From assembly GCA_002269645.1 (NCBI GenBank), contig NIVC01002034.1:62001-126000 (forward strand): 64,000 nucleotides of DNA, in the 5' to 3' direction. The translations under genes and the position numbers were made by a program. The stretch comes from Macrostomum lignano. Its lineage: Eukaryota. Positions 58,926 through 64,000 of this stretch are shown here, one piece after another; the stretch's first letter is position 1; each line of letters opens with the position of its first letter. The notes beneath the pieces are model-generated. The model was given only the letters and a program-made list of their open reading frames with translations. It was not told where the DNA came from and ran no database searches.

Positions 58926-61259
58926 TTAAAGACGGATGGCCTGCTATGCAGGCCATGGCTGCAGGCAACTACGATATTGTCTATGGGCGTGTTTGTACTC
59001 AGTGTCACAGCTCCTGACTGAAAAATTGTACTGGAGTTGTCACTGCGTTGACAGGTTGAATAACTTTAAAGTTATCTGCATTGACGAATCGCTAGTGCTG
59101 TACAAAGGACGCCTGATTTTTCGTCAGTACATACCTGCAAGCAAGCGAAACAAGTTTGGCATCAAAATGTACTGTCTATGTGAATCCCAGACAGGGTACA
59201 TGTGGAACTTTTTAATCCACAGTACAGATGCGGAAAACAGGAAATTTGGACAAGGGCTGGAGTGTGACCACCTTTCTATCAGCGAGCGCATTGTGGTTGA
59301 GTTGAGCAGCCAGACTTTAAACCTTGGCTACCACCTGTTCACGGACAGCTGGTTTACTTCGGCTCGACTGGCCGAGTTCCTGCTGTCTAAATCCACATTT
59401 CTGACGGGCACAGTTCGACAAGATCGCGGGATCCCCGACTGTCTACGGCAGCTGGCTCTTCCTGCCAACTCATGTTCATTTGCTCGAAAAGAGGGCCTGC
59501 TTGCTGTGAAGCTTGTTGATCGAAAGCAAAGTGGAGGACAGCACAGCTTTTGTTTACTCCAAGAACATGGGCGGAGTGGACAGGCTGGATGGTTCTCTAC
59601 AGCCGTACTTGACCTGTCGTAAGACTTACCGTTGGTTTCACCGCCTAGGTTTTCACCTGCTACTTCAGGGAGTACACAATTGCTGGATTTTGTATTCGAA
59701 GGCTGGTGGGTCCGCTAAATTTCTTTCATTTCTGCGCACACACACGTCAGCTGATGGTCAACTCTGGTACTGGCAGAAAACGGGCTGCTCCTGTGAATGA
59801 ACCGGCACAGCAGAACAATGGCCACTACGCTCAACGTCTCCCAGCGACAGCAGCTCAAGAAAGACCTGCCAAAAGATGCAGAGTCTGCTGGCAAAATGGT
59901 GTTCAGAAAAAGACAGTCTTTGTCTGCTCCAGCTGCCAAGGGTCACCCGGACTGTGCATTGGTGAATGCTTTCGTGAGTGGCACACGTAGAACTAATTCT
60001 GCCTTTGTTAATTCTAACTCACATTAAAAAACTTGATACATTGAGTTGAAATTTCTGCTATAATCTGTTGTTTAAATCGCTTTTAGGTAAAGTAGCTCGC
60101 TTGAAAAAAAGTAGATAAACGAAAGCGAGAATCAACATATAAAATAAATTCAATTGTGCCGAATCGTTTTCTGACTATTAAATTACGAGTATTAATGAAG
60201 CCCTGAAGATGTCCATTGTGGAACAAATGCATTGGCAAATTAATAAATAAATCGAATATAGCACAATTGAATTAACTCTATATGTGGATTCAATTGCTTT
60301 CGTGTATAAATCTCTTTTATATTTTGATGTTATGATAAATTATATCCCTGTACTTAGGCCCATTGAACTTTTTAATCAACAGTTTTCTTCTCAGTAATTG
60401 ACGTGGTAAATTCCTGAAAGTTTCTACTCGTTTCTGTTGAAGCCTCGGCGTACTCGTATTTTAACAAATTTGTAAAGTTCTTCTTGTTGAAACCGCGGGT
60501 TATTTTTGCTATTTGTCAGATTGAGTAAGAAGTAAAAAATATTCACTTTAATATAGTATTTGTCATGCTATCTCAGCCTAGAGACATCCAAACTCAGCCA
60601 GTCCCATTCCGCAATGCGTTTTTTTGGCTCGAGCTAGTCGACTTTTACCATAGACATGCTTCTTAAGGCCATGCTATCTCAGCCTGGGACATGCAATCTC
60701 AGCCAATATAGATTTCAATTGCAAACAGATCTCAATGCTATCATTTCTGTAACGTGACATGAAATGGCAACAAACAGCAATGAATGAACGCAGCAAGAAA
60801 AGTCAGTAAGGGTACGCAACAACGCTGAGATTGCATGTCCCAGGCTGAGATAGCATGGCCTTAAGAAGCATGTCTATGGTAAAACTTGACTGGCTTACGT
60901 AAAAAATCGCACTGTCGAGATGGGCTGGCTGAGTTTGGATGTCTCTAGGCTGAGATAGCATGACAAATACTATAACGGTTTGTTCTCTTCCATAAATAAA
61001 ATTATCTGAACCACACCGTAATACCGTGTCTTTGCTTCTGCTGAATTAGCGGATGGCCTGCCATGCAGGTCATCAGTCCTTAACTGCAGTGCCACACAGA
61101 TATCTATGGTCAATCGTTCGGCTCAGCAGAATTAGCAGTCTGGAATAGCGAGCTTGAGTTGACATCAATTTACCCACAGACTGCTCGGCATAAAGAACCG
61201 TTTTGAGTGGAAAGGCTCCATGGCCTGCTATGCAGGCCATCCGTCGTGTTACTGTTAAG
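58926..61259 (+). mobile_element. piggyBac element with a 5'-deleted, frameshifted transposase (about 59050-59990)
   Basis: ICIDESLV, KFGIKMY, YHLFTDSWFTS, GTVRQDR, YSKNMGGVDRLD, RKTYRWFHRL and the Cys-rich CRVC..CSSC..LC..CFREWH tail. TTAA next to inverted subterminal motifs at 58926 and 61256. The ends are tentative. Confidence 0.85.
60552..60974. mobile_element. Foldback MITE with about 150-bp TIRs, TA-flanked
   Basis: TATAGTATTTGTCATGCTATCTCAGCCTAGAGACATCC... and its reverse complement at 60830-60974. Confidence 0.85.
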
Positions 61260-63462
61260 CCTTGGCTGCAAAGTTCAGCACTGCAATAGGCCTGAAGCTA
61301 TTTGCAGTCAATCAACCCTGGCCCTGCTATCTACAGTTAATATTTTTCGGCTCTTATTGTGAAAATTAGGCCAGTGGGTGCCAACTCGCTATGTCCGAGC
61401 TGCTTTTGAGTTTTCTCGCCTTCTGCAACTCGCAAAAGAAGGGCTCGGAAAAAGCCAGCGACAAGGTTTTAAAGAAGCTGTTCATGGACGCAGGTGTCTT
61501 TGATATGCTCTCACTCACTTCCTGTGACATGGACATTGCTGTTGCTGCATTCAAGGGCAGGGAGAAATTAAAGGGGTGAGCACCCATGCATTCGCAATGA
61601 GAAAACTTTTTAAGTAAAGGCAACAAGTTAACTGATTTTTATTTGAGTCCAGTAAAACACGCCAAGCGAACACAGTGGTCGAAACTTTCAGGAACTAGTT
61701 TCGAAAAATGTCATAAAACCCCTGAAACTACTCGTACGTTGAAATTCCTGAGTTTATAGTGCCTATGTGGATGCGTCTACGAAGTATTTCGTTCTTCTTA
61801 CAATATATATATGCACTGATATATCAAATCGAGGTGGGATCACTTTTCCTTGTTAAAAACAATTAAGCCCTTCAGAAACCGTATCCCAAGCCGCTTGCCA
61901 AGCATCCAAGTTCAGTTTCACCGGGGATATCAAAGCTTAGCGAGCTTTTTACCTTTTAAAGACCCGGTTCAATCCGTTCAGCAAACCAATCCCACAGCGA
62001 CCTCACATTCGATCAGTTCTGCAGCTTCCTCGGCCAATTCTGCAAGGAGGCTGAGAGACGGCGAAAAGTCGAGAGTGCCTCAGCGACCGAGGCGCTGCTG
62101 CGGGTGCGCATCGCGGCTTCCAGACCGGTGGCTCATGGGGTTACGGTGAGAATCGGCAGTTCCAGCCTGCAATGGCTGATATTAATTTACTGCACCTGAT
62201 ATACCGTATTAACGTGCATTGCTGATAAAAGTGTACATACTGTACCGAATATAGTACCTGTCCATAGCTGACACATGTACGCCTGTACCTGATATAGTAC
62301 CTGTCCATAGCTGGCGGCTAAACCTGAGAGCTGATATACGTGTAGCATTGCGTACGTTAAAGGGTTGTGTGACAAACTTTTTATTGGCATTTGGTTAAGG
62401 TCGATTCTACACAATTCGTACATACGTTCGTACCCTATATGTGTATAGTATTATCTGACCTAGTTCTATAAATCTCGTAAAACCTTGAGCTTGTGAAGCT
62501 TTTGAATATGAAGAACTAAACATATTTGCATGCGCAACCTATGCCCAATGGTTTTATGTCAATCCAAATTACCCTGGATGCATATATTTACCTCAGTAGA
62601 AGACTCACCCCTCCAGAAAATACATGTAAGCTGAGTCACCCATTCGCCACAGGTAGTATCCAAAGACGAGGCCACATCTCGCCTAACGGACGTCAAAGGC
62701 TTTACCGGTCAGCACCGGGAGCGATTTGGCCCGGGGAAAGAGAGAGGCCGCTGCAGGGAGGGTCGCGAGTCCGTGACTGACAAGAAGGCCACGGAGGACT
62801 GCGTGAGCGGCGACAAAGGCAGGAGCACTCACGGCAAGCAGTAAGAGGCCCGCGGGATTGCAATAATAGCTTCAGCCCAAGTTTTTCAATTTAGTTTCCT
62901 GTTCGGGTGAAAGCAATTTTTCCCTTAAGTTGAAACATATCGGGCTAACACAGAATGTACAGACACAGTGATCCAGCTTGAACTAAACGTACGTCTTGTG
63001 ACGTTCCGTTATTAGCTGCATGCAACTCGAAATCGCATTGTATATATCTATCCAGCTTATATATCCAGCCTTTTTCCGTATTCTATTTATAGCTACGCTG
63101 CTGTAGATTAGGTTTCCATCGAATTGCTTGCTTAGATCACTGCCTGCTCACCTGCAAAATGTCAATGTCCGCTCAGTCTGGCATTGCTTGTCTGTCAAAG
63201 CACGCTGTCAGCTACTTTGCTTGTTCCATTACTCCGTCACACTGCTCTGTTACAGCTGGCTCACCCTGATGCTGAGTCTGCCAGGGGCTGTCAGATCACT
63301 GGCTCATTTTGACCTCAGCTGCACCGCTAGCTTCATGTAAGGCACAGACGCGAAAAACCAAGGGGTAATTTGCTGGGCTCTGTTTTCACTTTCTCCGTCT
63401 GTAGTTCTGTTTGAGTACTAGTAGAAGGCATGAGGGGGCTTCTGGGACAAAATTTTTCACCT

Positions 63463-63673
63463 CCTCCATAATCCACCTAAATCTATCCATATTATCCCTG
63501 ACAGAATCAGAAAAAAAGGGGGGTCGCACTCGCTCACAAAACGTCCTCCATAATCCACCTAAATCCATCCATATTATCCCTGACAGAATCAGAAAAAAGG
63601 GGGTCGCACTTGCTCCGAAAACTTCGAACATAATCCTATTAAATCCATCCATATTATCCCTGACAGAATCAGA
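63463..63673. repeat. About 81-bp tandem repeat, about 2.6 copies
   Basis: CATAATCC..TAAATC.ATCCATATTATCCCTGACAGAATCAGA recurs at about 63467, 63549 and 63629. Confidence 0.85.
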
Positions 63674-64000
63674 GCATAACAAGTGTCCACTGACACCTGT
63701 TATGCTCATTGACACAGACATAATCCACTGACATCCACCCATAGCATGTTCGAAACAATCAGAAAAGAATCTGCATTCTTCTCCCCACATTCAATTTGCA
63801 ACGCGAAACCAGATCCCTAAGACTTTAAATCATCAGCGCAGGGTCCTTACCCTTTGAAAAAAATTAAATTCTCAATAAAAAATGTTTCCAGTTGTCTCTC
63901 CAGGTTCTTATTATACTCAGCCTAATCCATTGTACAAATCCAAGTACCGATGCAAACTTGAATGCCGCGAGTACATGAGAAAATATTGGCCTGACGTTGA

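Noticed and set aside
61366-61626. Short ORFs on both strands (61391-61579, 61366-61626)
   Set aside because: No recognisable motif, splice context or element boundary.

Overview
Eukaryotic (metazoan) genomic window. The style resembles a flatworm such as Macrostomum, but that is inference only. It holds two multi-exon + strand genes that I could splice in frame: ATG2 (13 coding exons, 12025-39435, about 1995 aa) and WDTC1/adipose (about 7 exons, 44699-53428). An intronless LRR-FN3-TM receptor gene is nested antisense in ATG2 intron 3. The rest is a dense, often nested, transposon landscape: a full-length 8.8-kb Gypsy LTR element (TATA TSD, tRNA-Gln PBS), LOA-type and PHD-ORF1 LINEs, Penelope and Gypsy fragments, tRNA-derived SINEs, hAT, Tc1-like, piggyBac and Ginger1 DNA transposons or MITEs, and a 71/73-bp satellite. 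The most striking observation is a cold-shock (CSD/OB-fold RNA-binding) domain in the Gypsy element, between the Gag zinc knuckle and the protease. It sits directly behind a canonical A-AAA-AAC -1 frameshift site and is hidden from the ORF track by a one-base indel. All calls come from motif recognition by eye; no database searches were run.
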